Shown here: piece after piece, positions 8,601 through 19,598 of the stretch
How the letters are laid out: each line of letters opens with the position of its first letter
How positions within the stretch are numbered: the first letter of the stretch is position 1
IMG/VR virus record: IMGVR_UViG_3300042510_000354
Span: 1 to 64,000 of that record
From: an uncultured virus (IMG/VR IMGVR_UViG_3300042510_000354)
Lineage: Duplodnaviria; Heunggongvirae; Uroviricota; Caudoviricetes
Direction: 5' to 3' (one strand)
DNA length: 64,000 nucleotides
Program-made: the position numbers and the translations under genes
Notes under the pieces: generated by a model
The model's database searches: none
The model's input: the letters and a program-made list of their open reading frames with translations, nothing else
Told to the model about the DNA's origin: nothing

Positions 8601-11600
8601 AACGGCCAAAATAGAGAAGACTACACTAAAGGTAAAATAAGTATTACAGATTTCCTATTCGGTAAAGAAGAAGGAGATTCAATAAAGAAAAAGGTAGATG
8701 AAAAAGTAAAGTCTGCCTCTAATACTATTAAAGAAACTGTTTCTAAAGCCGCAGATAAGCTCAAAGATCTTGGTAAGAGTAAAAGTTTACTTGATACTTC
8801 TCTTCTTGGTAAAGAAGGAGTTGATCCAGCGTTAAGAGCTAAAGTTTATACAGATAACATTAAATCTGTTTTAAATAAGATGAATGTAGATGTTGAAGGA
8901 ATGGCTGGACCTGAAGGCTTACTTGGTAAACTATTTAAAGGTAAAAAGGGATTTATTGCTGGTGCTTTAATTTCTATTTTTGCATTGTTTACTAGTGCAG
9001 CAAATGCCGCTGAAGCTCAGACAACTAGTGTTACTTCAAACATATTTGATTCTATCCTTTCCTTTGTAGGTGACTATGGTATTTATGCTTTGTTATTACC
9101 ACCAGCTGGTTGGGCATTCTTTGGTGGAGCACTTAAGAATGTAGTTACTGCCTTTAGTATTATGGGTAATGCTGGACTCAAAGCCCTTTGGGGTGTAGGT
9201 ATGGCTATCAATTATGCAGGTATTGCAACTGGAGTACTTGCAGGTTCTTTACAATTACTTACTGGTGGATGGATAGGTTTCTTTGCTAAAACAGCAGCTG
9301 GTCTTAAAGCGTTAATGAGTGGTATTTTAGTTATAGGTGGTATTCTAGGTGGTGTAGTAGGTAGTATAATATATGCTATAGGAGTTGTTATTAAGGGTAT
9401 TGCTCTTATAGTCACATCAGTAGCAGGCATTATTACTATTGTAGCTACTCTTGGTATTGGTGCTATTGCAATATGGTTATTTGGTGAAGGTGATGGCTTC
9501 ATGGCTAAACTTGATGATGTCATTGAGAAGCTTGCAAAGTTATTCCGTATGAAACCATCTGGTCAAAAGCAATTAGAGGCATTATTACCTAAGTCTGAAT
9601 TGGGCGGTCAAGCATTAGATTTCTCAGGAAAAATTAGTGGTATTAATTATAGCAAATTAACTGAAGGTCAATCTAAATCATTAAATAGTTTAGCTACTAG
9701 ACTCTCTGAAGTTATTAAGAGAGCCAAAGAAGAAGAAGAAGACTTAGGTTCTGTTACAGCTGAAACTACAGCAGACCTACAGAAACTTAGAGATTTATTT
9801 GATAAGAAAGCTGATAAGTACGCATTTAATAGTAGCATGGATGATTTAGCTACCTCTATGAAGGCCGCTGAAATTCAAGCAGGTTCTTTATTCGCATTTA
9901 TGAATAGAGATCTAAATAGACAAGTACCATTCTTTTCAAGTTTCTCTATTGAGAACTTTGTATTACCTTTTGAAAAGATAATTGATAAGTTTAGTAAGTT
10001 TAATGATTCTCGTGCTAGAGACGTAAACAAAGAACTTTCTTCTAATGTAGATGTATTTAAAGAGATTGACAAATATCTAAAGCCAGAAGAAATACAAATG
10101 TCAGTAATGGCATTTAATAGACTTAATAATGCTATTGGTAATCTAACTGGATTTAGTGGAGTAATCTCAAGACTATTTGGTGGGTTTCCAAAGGCAGAGT
10201 TAGAGTTAGAACTTGCTAGAAAACAAGTTAACAAACTAAGTGCTGAGTTTAAGAAATTAGCTGAAGAACGTGAGGCTGTTGGTAATTACCAGACAAGCCT
10301 AACTGATGCACAAAAAGCATTAGCTGGACTAGAGAAATTTCAAGTAGGTGCTGGTATTAAAGTTGAGTTAAAAGATCTATTTGGTTTTAGTGACCCTAAA
10401 CAGGTAACTGAATTAACTAGTGAATTAGAAGCACTGTTCAAACAATTAAAAGAAAAAGCTAAAGGTAGTGATGAAGCATTAGCTATTCAAGTACAAATTG
10501 ATGCTAAAACAGAAAATCTAAAGTTTGAGATTGAAGAAGCTAAAATTGCTGGTTCATTAAAACCTAGACTAGAATCTTTATTTAAGCGTGCTGGTGCAAA
10601 TATAAATGTTGAAGAACTATTTAAATTTGCTAGTTTGTCTTCTATTACAGGTTTTGGAGATAAATTATTTGTTTTAAAGAATAAGATGGATGCTGCTAGG
10701 CAACAAATAGCCTTAGCTGGAAATGATGTAACTAAATTAGCTGAAGCTTTCAAAAATTCTAGAGATGCTGCTGAAGAATTTAATAATGAGCTTGATAGAT
10801 TAACTGGAAATGAAGGTTTGTCAAAAAGATTATCTACACTTGGTGTAAACCTTAGTAGAGAAGTTATTGATTCCTTTGGACCTAAAGCTGCTGAAAGACT
10901 TAAAAAGTTCCAAGACCAACTTAAAGGTTTTGATGCAATTAGTATTGATCCTAATGCCTCCGATAGACAAAAGCAAAATGCTGCAAGGCAAGCTATCCAA
11001 TTAAAGAAAATAATTCAAGAAGAATTTCAGAATAGAGATTTCTTTGAAAATTTTAGTTTCCAAATTGGTAAGACAAATTTATCAGTTGATTTAATGAAAG
11101 CCTTAATGCTTTCTCCTTCTGAATCTAAACAAGTAATAAAGTTATTACAGCAAAGCTTAAAAGATAAGAATTTACTTAAAAATTTAGCAAGAGATGCCAG
11201 TGGATTACCCGCAGATCCAAAAGCAGCAAAAGAAATCTCTGATCGTATTGTAGGCACTCAAGCTGAGTATGACCTAATAATGAGAGACAAAGGCAAAAAT
11301 GTTCTTGAGGTATTTGCAGATAGTATTTCTAAGAGTGGATCTAAGATTGATATTAATGAGTTATTTACTTCTGGATTAGCTACAAAAGATATCCTTGATG
11401 CACAGGGTTTTACTACTCAAATAAGAAAACTACAAGACCAAAAAGATAAGTTTTTATTAACTAGACGTGACGACCCTAATGGTTTAACAACTCTTGATAT
11501 TGGAATGATTGCTGAATTTGATAAACAAATTAAGGAATTAAACAAGCAAAGAGATTCTGCGTTAGATCGTAACTTAGTTACTAAAATAGAGTCATTAGCT

Positions 11601-12965
11601 AGTCGTACAGGTGTTACTGTTGGTCAAGAATTCTTCCAAGGATTTACAGATGCTGATACTGATAGTTTTGATACTATTAGAAAACAACTTAATAAACTAG
11701 ATGAAGCTCGTAAAAATTTAATAGTTACTGAAGGTGATACTTTTAAAATTTTAGATAAAGCGGCACTACAAGAAAATCTCAAATCTGCTGAAGAATTAAA
11801 AGATAGATTCGATATCCTTGTAAATGGTGAACTACCTAATATTCTTAAGAAATCTAAATCTGATTTTAAAATTATTGATATAGCTAAATTAGGTACTGAT
11901 GCTTCAAAAGCAAAACAGTTACTAACTGATTTAGGAGATCAAGAAAAGACTTTAACTGGTCTTGAAAGACTTAAACCTACAGAAGAAAATTTAAACAAAA
12001 TTGAAGAAGTTAGAGTTAAGATCAAAGGTATTAGAGATAACTTAGATGAATTAAAGAATAAACCTACAACATTTGGTGAATTATTTTCTCAGGTAAGCAC
12101 TAATACTGGGTTACCTACTGACCTACTAAGAAAATTAGATCCAAAAGAGTTTACCTTAGCTCAAATTGCAAGTAAACGAATAGCAGATCTTAATAAAGAA
12201 ATAAATGATACAAAACTACAAGGAAATACTCTAGATAAAGATAAATTAGATTTACTACAGAAACAATTAGATACTGTTCAACTTATAAGTGATCAAGAAG
12301 ACCGTAGAAAACAAATTAGTTCTTCAGTTGTTGATGCAGGTAAAAACTTAATTAAAGGTACTCTTACTGGTGAAAAAGATAGAGGTAAAAACTTCTTTGG
12401 ATCTATTACAGGTACTATCACAGACGTTGTTTCTAGCCAGTTAAGTAATGTATTATTTAAAGATATAGGCAACACATTAGGTAAGGCTTTAGGTACTGAT
12501 TTGTTTAGTGATATTGGTTCAAGTCCATTAAAACCTATGTATGTTAAGTCCGTTGATACATTAGAGAAATTAGGTAGTTCTGGTATTTCTAGTATTTTAG
12601 GCTCATTAAAAGGTGGTAACTTTGGCAGTGCCTTTGGACAAATTGGGGGATGGTTCTCTGAACTCTTTGGTGGTTCTGGCATGGCTGGTGCTGCTTTACT
12701 GGGTATGCCTGGATTTGCTGATGGAGGTGTTATTCCTGGTTCTTTAGGTAGTGGGACACCAATTCTTGCTCATGCTGGAGAAATCATTTTAAATGAAGCC
12801 CAACAAGCTAGAGTAGCCTCTGCTATGTCTAATCAAGGTCAACAAGTAGTTAATTTAAATATCACTGGCGATATCAGTCGTCAGACAAAATCGGAAATTT
12901 ATAGAATGCTCCCATCTATTGCTGAGGGGGTTAACTCCCACAATAGAGAGAAAGGTTTAAGGTAA
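5637..12965 (+). CDS. Tape measure protein (2442 aa)
   Basis: N-terminal tape-measure domain (QLGQGLASGQLRGEELNSVLEQ), hydrophobic middle, C-terminal FADGG...AHAGE motif. Confidence 0.92.
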   Translation: MSDIALKVTSDSSQAQRDLDKLSTSVGKIEKTTTSATRTLAGLATSVTAAFAAFGAVNSITRASDTFTNLENRIALVVGRTKELVVVQSQLLALSVKTRSSLEGTVGVFNKFGSSLKNAGASTKQLLQATENVQKAVTISGTAGESARAALIQLGQGLASGQLRGEELNSVLEQTPRIAQAIADGIGSSIGELRKLAEEGRLTSDVVFKALLSQTDKLNSEFETLAPTFEQSIIRLKDSVNLLLSEISKSSGLSQILGGNINRISIYITNLAEVADVYFTILSSRFGQTVRDAKLVINAFGNLFSAVGRNISAIVPVIRTFTTPLTVLANSFFFERLRISFLAFYDSVFEFRKLVRGVVEQLGLFVAFGDTRTSRTIGDIFNSKSVVEFTSNINKLAKGLDPNNFFGFLAFSVGFRDFFVTPLYQGVAVLKTFGAALGIASNPLIEFSNIRFDRFLELGLQSLQILSYTIQRFFAPAVVLSLTYIAEFTTNLIYLTRSLLGLNPSLLETFAILQVKGVAGLKLLVSNLLGLDVAIGSLYGFVTAFAEVKAVIQNTVIAIVGYMLYMSSKIEDSIFTKLSKVEGFIRDFATKIKGYFFDIYDKVVGNSYWPDMVDGVLRWADKLYTEGTTKIDAFTKKVKASFSDLKNSTKDLFTKITAKGLDTRDTIGNSSIGSTVKDTLKDTVAKVKLKIEKIDVREMISSLPLKELGAVFKNIADVFVLAAIVALVAPATFAAFFSGAAILIKAALIPKIGEALYEAFDANIFKEIGETAGSIIGFYLREAIESIPELLGQLVTFADAFGKAFLEQFGIIGSAISSLFSFFSVGDSGLLGTILVGAGIATILSKVSVVKEFVSGFLAFVAGSAGSSANSGGLLGQALLGANFKYLVAGVSLIFSGFSDHVSMAVALAAGIPLVTLAMLGEDVAGKLIKDSLASVFKFFITQSLAAAATISKTKLFTSLFGDIKASEITSKINKVKDIVGKVLGNINNGQNREDYTKGKISITDFLFGKEEGDSIKKKVDEKVKSASNTIKETVSKAADKLKDLGKSKSLLDTSLLGKEGVDPALRAKVYTDNIKSVLNKMNVDVEGMAGPEGLLGKLFKGKKGFIAGALISIFALFTSAANAAEAQTTSVTSNIFDSILSFVGDYGIYALLLPPAGWAFFGGALKNVVTAFSIMGNAGLKALWGVGMAINYAGIATGVLAGSLQLLTGGWIGFFAKTAAGLKALMSGILVIGGILGGVVGSIIYAIGVVIKGIALIVTSVAGIITIVATLGIGAIAIWLFGEGDGFMAKLDDVIEKLAKLFRMKPSGQKQLEALLPKSELGGQALDFSGKISGINYSKLTEGQSKSLNSLATRLSEVIKRAKEEEEDLGSVTAETTADLQKLRDLFDKKADKYAFNSSMDDLATSMKAAEIQAGSLFAFMNRDLNRQVPFFSSFSIENFVLPFEKIIDKFSKFNDSRARDVNKELSSNVDVFKEIDKYLKPEEIQMSVMAFNRLNNAIGNLTGFSGVISRLFGGFPKAELELELARKQVNKLSAEFKKLAEEREAVGNYQTSLTDAQKALAGLEKFQVGAGIKVELKDLFGFSDPKQVTELTSELEALFKQLKEKAKGSDEALAIQVQIDAKTENLKFEIEEAKIAGSLKPRLESLFKRAGANINVEELFKFASLSSITGFGDKLFVLKNKMDAARQQIALAGNDVTKLAEAFKNSRDAAEEFNNELDRLTGNEGLSKRLSTLGVNLSREVIDSFGPKAAERLKKFQDQLKGFDAISIDPNASDRQKQNAARQAIQLKKIIQEEFQNRDFFENFSFQIGKTNLSVDLMKALMLSPSESKQVIKLLQQSLKDKNLLKNLARDASGLPADPKAAKEISDRIVGTQAEYDLIMRDKGKNVLEVFADSISKSGSKIDINELFTSGLATKDILDAQGFTTQIRKLQDQKDKFLLTRRDDPNGLTTLDIGMIAEFDKQIKELNKQRDSALDRNLVTKIESLASRTGVTVGQEFFQGFTDADTDSFDTIRKQLNKLDEARKNLIVTEGDTFKILDKAALQENLKSAEELKDRFDILVNGELPNILKKSKSDFKIIDIAKLGTDASKAKQLLTDLGDQEKTLTGLERLKPTEENLNKIEEVRVKIKGIRDNLDELKNKPTTFGELFSQVSTNTGLPTDLLRKLDPKEFTLAQIASKRIADLNKEINDTKLQGNTLDKDKLDLLQKQLDTVQLISDQEDRRKQISSSVVDAGKNLIKGTLTGEKDRGKNFFGSITGTITDVVSSQLSNVLFKDIGNTLGKALGTDLFSDIGSSPLKPMYVKSVDTLEKLGSSGISSILGSLKGGNFGSAFGQIGGWFSELFGGSGMAGAALLGMPGFADGGVIPGSLGSGTPILAHAGEIILNEAQQARVASAMSNQGQQVVNLNITGDISRQTKSEIYRMLPSIAEGVNSHNREKGLR

Positions 12966-12969
12966 TATT

Positions 12970-13569
12970 ATGTATGGTATCTATGAAAATGGAGAGGTGA
13001 TTGCTCGTTTTACAGCACCGTTGACTGTAAGAAGTAATCAACCAGTCTTCGTTTCAGATACCCTATCACTAAAAAGGTTTATTAGCCGTAGGAGTGCTCA
13101 ACGTTGGGAAATCGACGCTGGCCTTGAGCCTCATACGGATAATGCCCAAGACATAATGGTTAATTTAGTGACTAAAGGGTATTCTGAAGCAGTTACAATT
13201 ATTGTACCTCAAAACTATGGAGTAATTAAAGCTAGAACAGCTAACGGAACTGCTACGGCAACTGGAACTATTGGTTCTGGACAAGTAAGTATATCTGGTT
13301 TATCTGGTTTAATTCCAAAGGGTACTTTTATAAAGTTTTCAAATCATTCTAAGGTTTATATGACAACAACAAATGTTACATTTACTACTGGTACACCAAG
13401 TACGATTAGTATTTTCCCTACATTAGTTGCTGCTGCAACTGGTACAATGACATATAAAGATGATGTTCAAATGCAATGCCTGTATGATACTGATGTAGTA
13501 TCGGGTATGGTTTATAGTGATGGTATCATGATGGATACTGGACAGATAAGGTTATTGGAGAAGTTATGA
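12970..13569 (+). CDS. Distal tail (Dit-like) protein
   Basis: Directly after TMP; AQRWEI and G.FIKFSNHSKVY motifs. Confidence 0.65.
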   Translation: MYGIYENGEVIARFTAPLTVRSNQPVFVSDTLSLKRFISRRSAQRWEIDAGLEPHTDNAQDIMVNLVTKGYSEAVTIIVPQNYGVIKARTANGTATATGTIGSGQVSISGLSGLIPKGTFIKFSNHSKVYMTTTNVTFTTGTPSTISIFPTLVAAATGTMTYKDDVQMQCLYDTDVVSGMVYSDGIMMDTGQIRLLEKL

Positions 13570-14162
13570 TTCAATTTAGTACAACAGTTAGAAATATACT
13601 GTCTCAACCAACTATTGAGGCATTCTATTTAGTTGAAGTATATGTATCTTCAGGTACAACATACAGATCAACTACATATTATAGGGATGTAGTTATAACA
13701 AATAATTCTGTACCAGTTACTACATATTATAATGATGGCAAACTAGTACAAATCGATACTCCAAGATTATCATCTACTGTAGATAGAGAATTATTTAAAA
13801 TAAGTTTTGCTGATCCTACCTTTGTATTTGGTGCAAGTGTAGATTCAGGTTTAATTGGTAAACTTGTAGATGTTAAACTAGGATTTGTAAATCAAACTAC
13901 TAAGTTACCAGAATTAGATATTGCTAATCTATTAACAATATATCGTGGAAAAATAGATAGTACAGAATATAGTATTAACACTGGAACTACAGGTGAAGTA
14001 TTATTAAATGTTAATTGCTCAAGTCCAATGAATGATCTTGATCTAACAAAAGCTTTTTATACTACTAAAGATGCTACTTTTGGCAGAGATTCTTCAGACA
14101 CTTCTTTTGATCAAATATACGAAGGTTCTGGAGTATTACAACTTAAATGGGGGAAGAAATAA
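13566..14162 (+). CDS. Tail tip/hub-associated minor tail protein
   Basis: Synteny; IYRGKID and a C-terminal D..FD......LKWG pattern. Confidence 0.6.
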   Translation: MIQFSTTVRNILSQPTIEAFYLVEVYVSSGTTYRSTTYYRDVVITNNSVPVTTYYNDGKLVQIDTPRLSSTVDRELFKISFADPTFVFGASVDSGLIGKLVDVKLGFVNQTTKLPELDIANLLTIYRGKIDSTEYSINTGTTGEVLLNVNCSSPMNDLDLTKAFYTTKDATFGRDSSDTSFDQIYEGSGVLQLKWGKK

Positions 14163-17100
14163 TGGCAGCAATATTAGCAGCAACCTATTTAGGACTTACA
14201 GTTAGTACTTGGATTACCTTAGCATCTATTGCATATCAAGTTACACAAGCTAGAAAAATGAGAAAGCAAGCACAAGCTGCTGCTGAAGCTCGTAAAGGTT
14301 ATGAATTAGTTGTAGAGGGTGAAGGTGTAACTTTGCCAATAGTGTATGGTAGAGCAAAAGTTGGTGGTGTTAGGTCTTATCATAATACCTCTAACAATTT
14401 TGTAATGGCTACTCCTAATTCTGATAAGGTATTTCTAAGTTCAGGATTTGATACTAATGTAGAAGGTAGATCTAATGAATTTCTATTTTTCCAACAAGCA
14501 ATGTGTCAAGGTCCAATTAATAGAGTATACGATGTAGTATTAGAAGAGTCTAGGTATTTAGATGATCCAGACCTATCTACTACTCAAACAATAACTACAA
14601 GTGCAGGGGATGGTGAAAATGTACCATACACTTATACAACCTCTAGTTCAGTAAAATCAGGTTTACGTATTGATTTGCATTATGGAGATACACCAATAGC
14701 AGATGCAGTTATGACTGCAAATAATCCAGAACGAGTTAATGCTATTTTTACTCAGATCAAAGATCAAGTAGGATTAGCTTACGCTTCTGTCTGTATTAAA
14801 CTAGATAGAGATGATCCCGCCTTAAATGGTGTACCTACTGTTCAATTCTTTATTGAAGGTAAAAAGGTTAAAGATATTACTAGATCAGGTTCTGTAGGTA
14901 ATTATACTTATGCTATTTCTAGCACTAGATCATATTCTAATAATCCTGCATTATGTTTACTAGACTATTTGTTAGATGATACATCTGGAAAAGGTTTAGA
15001 TAATAGCTTAATTGATTTAGAATCATTTTATAATGCTAAATTAGTTTGTGATACTACAGTATTATCTAATGCATCTATAGGCGGAAAAATTTATAAGCCT
15101 ACAACAGGAACATTAGGCGCTGAGGGAGTTACAACTAGTAATACTAGAACTATTAGACTCTACGAATGTAATGCGATTATTGATACCCAAAAACCACTAA
15201 GAGAAAATGTTGAATCTATTCTCTCAACAATGGGTGATGCAAGACTTATTTGGTCTGGCGGTAAATATAAACTAAGCATACAATACCCAACAACTAATTC
15301 TAATATTGTACTTGCAAATACACTTACAGATGATGATTTAATTATTGATGATAATGTAAGTATTAACTGGCCTACTTCAAGCGAGAGATTAAATCATTGT
15401 ACAGTAAGATTCCATAATGAATCTGAAAACTTTAAAGAAGACACAGTATCATGGCCTCCTAAAGAAACAGGTGTTTCTCTAAGAGGAGTAGGTGGATTTA
15501 AATACCCACAATCAGTAGATGATGCTTGGAATGATAGTGTAGGTGGTGTTCTGCTTAAGAAATACTCTGTATGGTCGGGCAGTGGTTCTTCTTTTGATCA
15601 AACATGGAAATTCTTTGTAAAAGAAACAGGTGCATATACTTTTGAATTCACTGGTGATAACTCTGCAACAGCTTCCATAACTACTACTACAGGTACAGTG
15701 TTATATTCAGGAGCGGCTACTGACTGGCAAGCTACTACTACAGGTACAGTGACTCTAACTAAAGATACTGAATACAGAATTAGATTAACAGCCCAGGACT
15801 CAGGTGGTACAGGTAAAGGTATTGCTGGAAAATTATCAAAAGGTTCATTTATTTATTGGACCACAAGATCTGATAACTATACTAGTCTAATATCTATTAA
15901 TAATAGTAATGCAGTTTATACTGCTATGAAATTAGAAGATAATGATTTAGATTTAGAAACTGATATTTTTGCTGATGGTATTACAGACTATTACCATGCA
16001 TTAGCAAAAGCAGAAGAACTTGTAAGAACAAGTAGAAGTGCTTTTGGAATTAAATTTAAATATGTAATTAAAGATAAATTCTTAGAGCCAGGTGATTTTA
16101 TTAAGTTATCTAGTCAAACACTTAAGCTAGGTGTTGATACAGATTTATATTTAAGAATCAATGAAGTAAAAATTACAGATGAGGCTGTGTGTGAAATAAA
16201 TGCTACTAGGTTTGATTACACTCAGTTAGCATGGAATGTTGATGATAATGAATATATTAAAGCTCTTAATGTTTATTCCTTTGATTTTGGAACTCCATCT
16301 AATTTACTATACATAGCTGAAACAGCTCAAATTCTAAACTCATCAGGGAGGTTAGAATGGACTGGTATTCCAGATACATCTAAACTAGATTGCTATATAA
16401 CATACTATCATTTTCCTGGTAATGTAACAGGCAATGGAGAAGTAATTTGGACTGAACTAGGTCGTACAACAGACACTCAATACATATTACCTCCATTAAC
16501 CTTAGACCAAACAATTTTTGGTGTAAGAGCATTAAGTAAGGGTGGTAAATTATCAGATATTGCTGTAACTGGGGTTGTATCTCCAATATTTGCTACTGCA
16601 TTTTCTGGTAAATCTGTTAAATTAAAAGGTAGTGGTAGAGCATTCGTAAAACAAGCTAATAGTAGTGTTATCGCTCCAACAGCAATCTTATTTTCAGTTA
16701 ATGTAACTGGTTTTGATGCACCTAACTATAAATGGTATATTAACGAAGTTTTACAAGCTGGACAAACATCAGCTACATTTAGCTTACCAAGCTTTATTGA
16801 TGTACCAACTAAAGATATTAAAGTTAGGGTAACCGAAGGTACAAGTACAACTTTTCTAGAGGATTTTGAAACAGTATATTTTATTAATGCTGGTTCTGAT
16901 TCTTATGCTATCGGTTTATCTGAAGCATCTTTAAATTTAACTTGTAATTCAGATGGAGTTCCAGAGGCAGGTCAATTACCACAAGCTATAACTATTGATG
17001 TTTATAAAGGGGCCACACCTGTAACAACTGGTATAGTATATACATTAAATCCAGTTGGTTGTACATTACAAAGTAACACAACTACAAATGGTACTTTTAC

Positions 17101-19582
17101 AATTACTGCGGTTGATGATCCGTATGCTAGAGTAGATATTGATGCTACTATCACGGCAGCAAGCTTAACCTTAAGTATTACATTAAGAATAGCTAAATCA
17201 ACTGCTGCAGCTACTAGAATTGTTACATTAGACCCTGATAGATTAGCTTTTGTTTATCCTTCTAATTCAAATAATCCTGATTACGCTTCAATTAATATTT
17301 ATGCAAGAGAAGAAGCATTTGATGATCCTCGTTATGTATGGGATATAGATGGTGTTAATCCTGGTGTATCTAATACTACTAGTATGATTAACCTACTTGC
17401 TTTTCCAAGTGGTCAGACTAGAAATATTAGCGTAGAAGTATACGAATCAACGGATACTAATATTAGACGTTTTGATAGCATTACAATGTATAGTGTAAAA
17501 GATGGTAGTAATGCTTATAACTTTGATTATGTAGATGCTAATAGAACTATTGGTACTGATTCAGATGGAAATATCCTTCCTGACTTTTTACCATTAATAA
17601 TGACTCCGTTATTATTCCGTGGTACTTCAAATATTGCTAATACTATTACAACTCCAGCAAATACAAGTACAGTATCGTTTTCTGTTGCTGGAACACCAAG
17701 TAATTTAAATGTTTCAGTTAACGCAAGTACAGGTGTAGTAACGGTAAGTCAATTTACAGGACCATTATCCTCTCGTGTAGGTTCTGCAGTAATTAGAGCT
17801 ACAGTAGTTTCTGATGGATCTATTCATGAAAAGAAAATTGTAGTTAATAAGGCAGCAGATGGTACTGATGGATTAGACGCTCCAGTAGTAAATCTTACTT
17901 CTAACGGTATTGCATTTATCCAACCAAAAAATACAACTGCATTAGCTGATGTATTCCCTGCAACTATTGCATTTACTGCATCTGCAGAAGGTATTGAAAA
18001 TCCAAGATATACTTGGTTTGTAGATACTGTTGAGGTTGTTCCTTCAGGGACTGTAGCTACATATTCAGTACCTAAGTATATTGGTCAACCAAAATTAGTA
18101 AAAGTTATAGTAACCTCATCTACTGATCCAACTGTAAATGTTTATGATCAAGTAACTATATTCTCTGTTAAAGATGGTGATGATAGTTATAATGCTACAC
18201 TTACTAATGAAAATAAAACTCTTCGATATACAGCCGCTGGAGTTTTATCACCTAATAACCAGTTACCATTCTATACTACTATGCAAGTTGCAAGAGGTGC
18301 ATCTTATATTACTTCTGGATTAACTTTTTATTTAGATCCTGAAATTACACCAACAAATCTTACTGCTTCAATTAATGAAACAACAGGTCTTGTTACTGTA
18401 AGTGCAATATCTAGTGATATAGGTAAGGCAACTTTTATTGCTAAGATTGGTACTACTGTAGTTGGTAGAAAAGAATTAATTGTTAATAAAAGTATTGATG
18501 GTAAAGATGGTACTAGCCCTTATAGCGGTTCTATTAGCAATGATAGTCAAGGTCTTCCTTCAAATGAAACTGGTGCAGTAACTAGCTATGAGGGAGCTAC
18601 AGGACAATTTACAGTTTATAAAGGAGCTGAAATTGCAGCTGGAATTACTTATGAGTATGAGAGCAGTACTGGCTTTATTACTCCACCTGTAGGTACAATT
18701 AATAGTCTTGGTATTTACCAAATAACAACTGGTGTTGATCCTTCACCTACCGTTAATACAGCAACGGTAACCTATATTGCAAAAGTAGGTACTGAAATTG
18801 TAGCTAGGAAAATATTTTCATTAACTAAAATGAAGTCTAGCTCTATTTATAAGATTTCACCTAACGTTACTAGTTTAGTTTATGATAGCGTATTATTAAC
18901 CTATGCACCCACTACTTTAACATTTGATGCTCAAGTAAAGTCTGGTAATAATCCTTATTCTGCGTATCCTGGTAAAATTGAAATTCAAAGAAGTGCAGAT
19001 GGAACTACATGGACAACAATTGGTTCTGCAAGTGATAATACTACTTCTAAAACAATAACAGTTGATAGCTCTAGTGTACCTTTGACTACAAAGTTTGTTA
19101 GAGGTGTATTATATCTAGCTGGAAGTAATTCAGTAGTTGATACTCAAAGTTTACTCTTTTTACAAACTGTAAAAGGTGATAAGGGACTCCCAGGCATTCC
19201 TGGAGTAAGGGGTATTGCTATATTAACTTGGGCTGTTACAACCTCAGAAGGTGCAACCGATATTCCAACTGCATGTCAGGCAGCATTAAACAATGCTTAT
19301 ATTTCTCCTGACAATACAGCAAGATCTGGGGATAGAGTTACTTTGTTTAATAATACTAGTGCTACCAAGTGGTCTAAGACATATTTATACAATGGATCTA
19401 GTTGGGGTCTAGTGACCCTGTATGTAGATGGTAGTGCAGTTATTACTGGTACTCTTTCTACTTCCGCCTTAGCCATTGGTAATACAACAGGTGCTAACAG
19501 AATACTACTAACAGATAGTCAATTAATAGTCTATGGTTCTGATAATCAGAAAAGAGTTGTTATAGGTAACTTAGCAATATAA
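14162..19582 (+). CDS. Central tail tip / host-specificity protein (J-like)
   Basis: LPIVYGRAKVGG, YSNNPALCLLDYL and LEPGD.I motifs, followed by FN3/Ig-like repeats; ATG at 14162. Confidence 0.8.
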   Translation: MAAILAATYLGLTVSTWITLASIAYQVTQARKMRKQAQAAAEARKGYELVVEGEGVTLPIVYGRAKVGGVRSYHNTSNNFVMATPNSDKVFLSSGFDTNVEGRSNEFLFFQQAMCQGPINRVYDVVLEESRYLDDPDLSTTQTITTSAGDGENVPYTYTTSSSVKSGLRIDLHYGDTPIADAVMTANNPERVNAIFTQIKDQVGLAYASVCIKLDRDDPALNGVPTVQFFIEGKKVKDITRSGSVGNYTYAISSTRSYSNNPALCLLDYLLDDTSGKGLDNSLIDLESFYNAKLVCDTTVLSNASIGGKIYKPTTGTLGAEGVTTSNTRTIRLYECNAIIDTQKPLRENVESILSTMGDARLIWSGGKYKLSIQYPTTNSNIVLANTLTDDDLIIDDNVSINWPTSSERLNHCTVRFHNESENFKEDTVSWPPKETGVSLRGVGGFKYPQSVDDAWNDSVGGVLLKKYSVWSGSGSSFDQTWKFFVKETGAYTFEFTGDNSATASITTTTGTVLYSGAATDWQATTTGTVTLTKDTEYRIRLTAQDSGGTGKGIAGKLSKGSFIYWTTRSDNYTSLISINNSNAVYTAMKLEDNDLDLETDIFADGITDYYHALAKAEELVRTSRSAFGIKFKYVIKDKFLEPGDFIKLSSQTLKLGVDTDLYLRINEVKITDEAVCEINATRFDYTQLAWNVDDNEYIKALNVYSFDFGTPSNLLYIAETAQILNSSGRLEWTGIPDTSKLDCYITYYHFPGNVTGNGEVIWTELGRTTDTQYILPPLTLDQTIFGVRALSKGGKLSDIAVTGVVSPIFATAFSGKSVKLKGSGRAFVKQANSSVIAPTAILFSVNVTGFDAPNYKWYINEVLQAGQTSATFSLPSFIDVPTKDIKVRVTEGTSTTFLEDFETVYFINAGSDSYAIGLSEASLNLTCNSDGVPEAGQLPQAITIDVYKGATPVTTGIVYTLNPVGCTLQSNTTTNGTFTITAVDDPYARVDIDATITAASLTLSITLRIAKSTAAATRIVTLDPDRLAFVYPSNSNNPDYASINIYAREEAFDDPRYVWDIDGVNPGVSNTTSMINLLAFPSGQTRNISVEVYESTDTNIRRFDSITMYSVKDGSNAYNFDYVDANRTIGTDSDGNILPDFLPLIMTPLLFRGTSNIANTITTPANTSTVSFSVAGTPSNLNVSVNASTGVVTVSQFTGPLSSRVGSAVIRATVVSDGSIHEKKIVVNKAADGTDGLDAPVVNLTSNGIAFIQPKNTTALADVFPATIAFTASAEGIENPRYTWFVDTVEVVPSGTVATYSVPKYIGQPKLVKVIVTSSTDPTVNVYDQVTIFSVKDGDDSYNATLTNENKTLRYTAAGVLSPNNQLPFYTTMQVARGASYITSGLTFYLDPEITPTNLTASINETTGLVTVSAISSDIGKATFIAKIGTTVVGRKELIVNKSIDGKDGTSPYSGSISNDSQGLPSNETGAVTSYEGATGQFTVYKGAEIAAGITYEYESSTGFITPPVGTINSLGIYQITTGVDPSPTVNTATVTYIAKVGTEIVARKIFSLTKMKSSSIYKISPNVTSLVYDSVLLTYAPTTLTFDAQVKSGNNPYSAYPGKIEIQRSADGTTWTTIGSASDNTTSKTITVDSSSVPLTTKFVRGVLYLAGSNSVVDTQSLLFLQTVKGDKGLPGIPGVRGIAILTWAVTTSEGATDIPTACQAALNNAYISPDNTARSGDRVTLFNNTSATKWSKTYLYNGSSWGLVTLYVDGSAVITGTLSTSALAIGNTTGANRILLTDSQLIVYGSDNQKRVVIGNLAI

Positions 19583-19598
19583 AATTTAGGAGAAAAGT

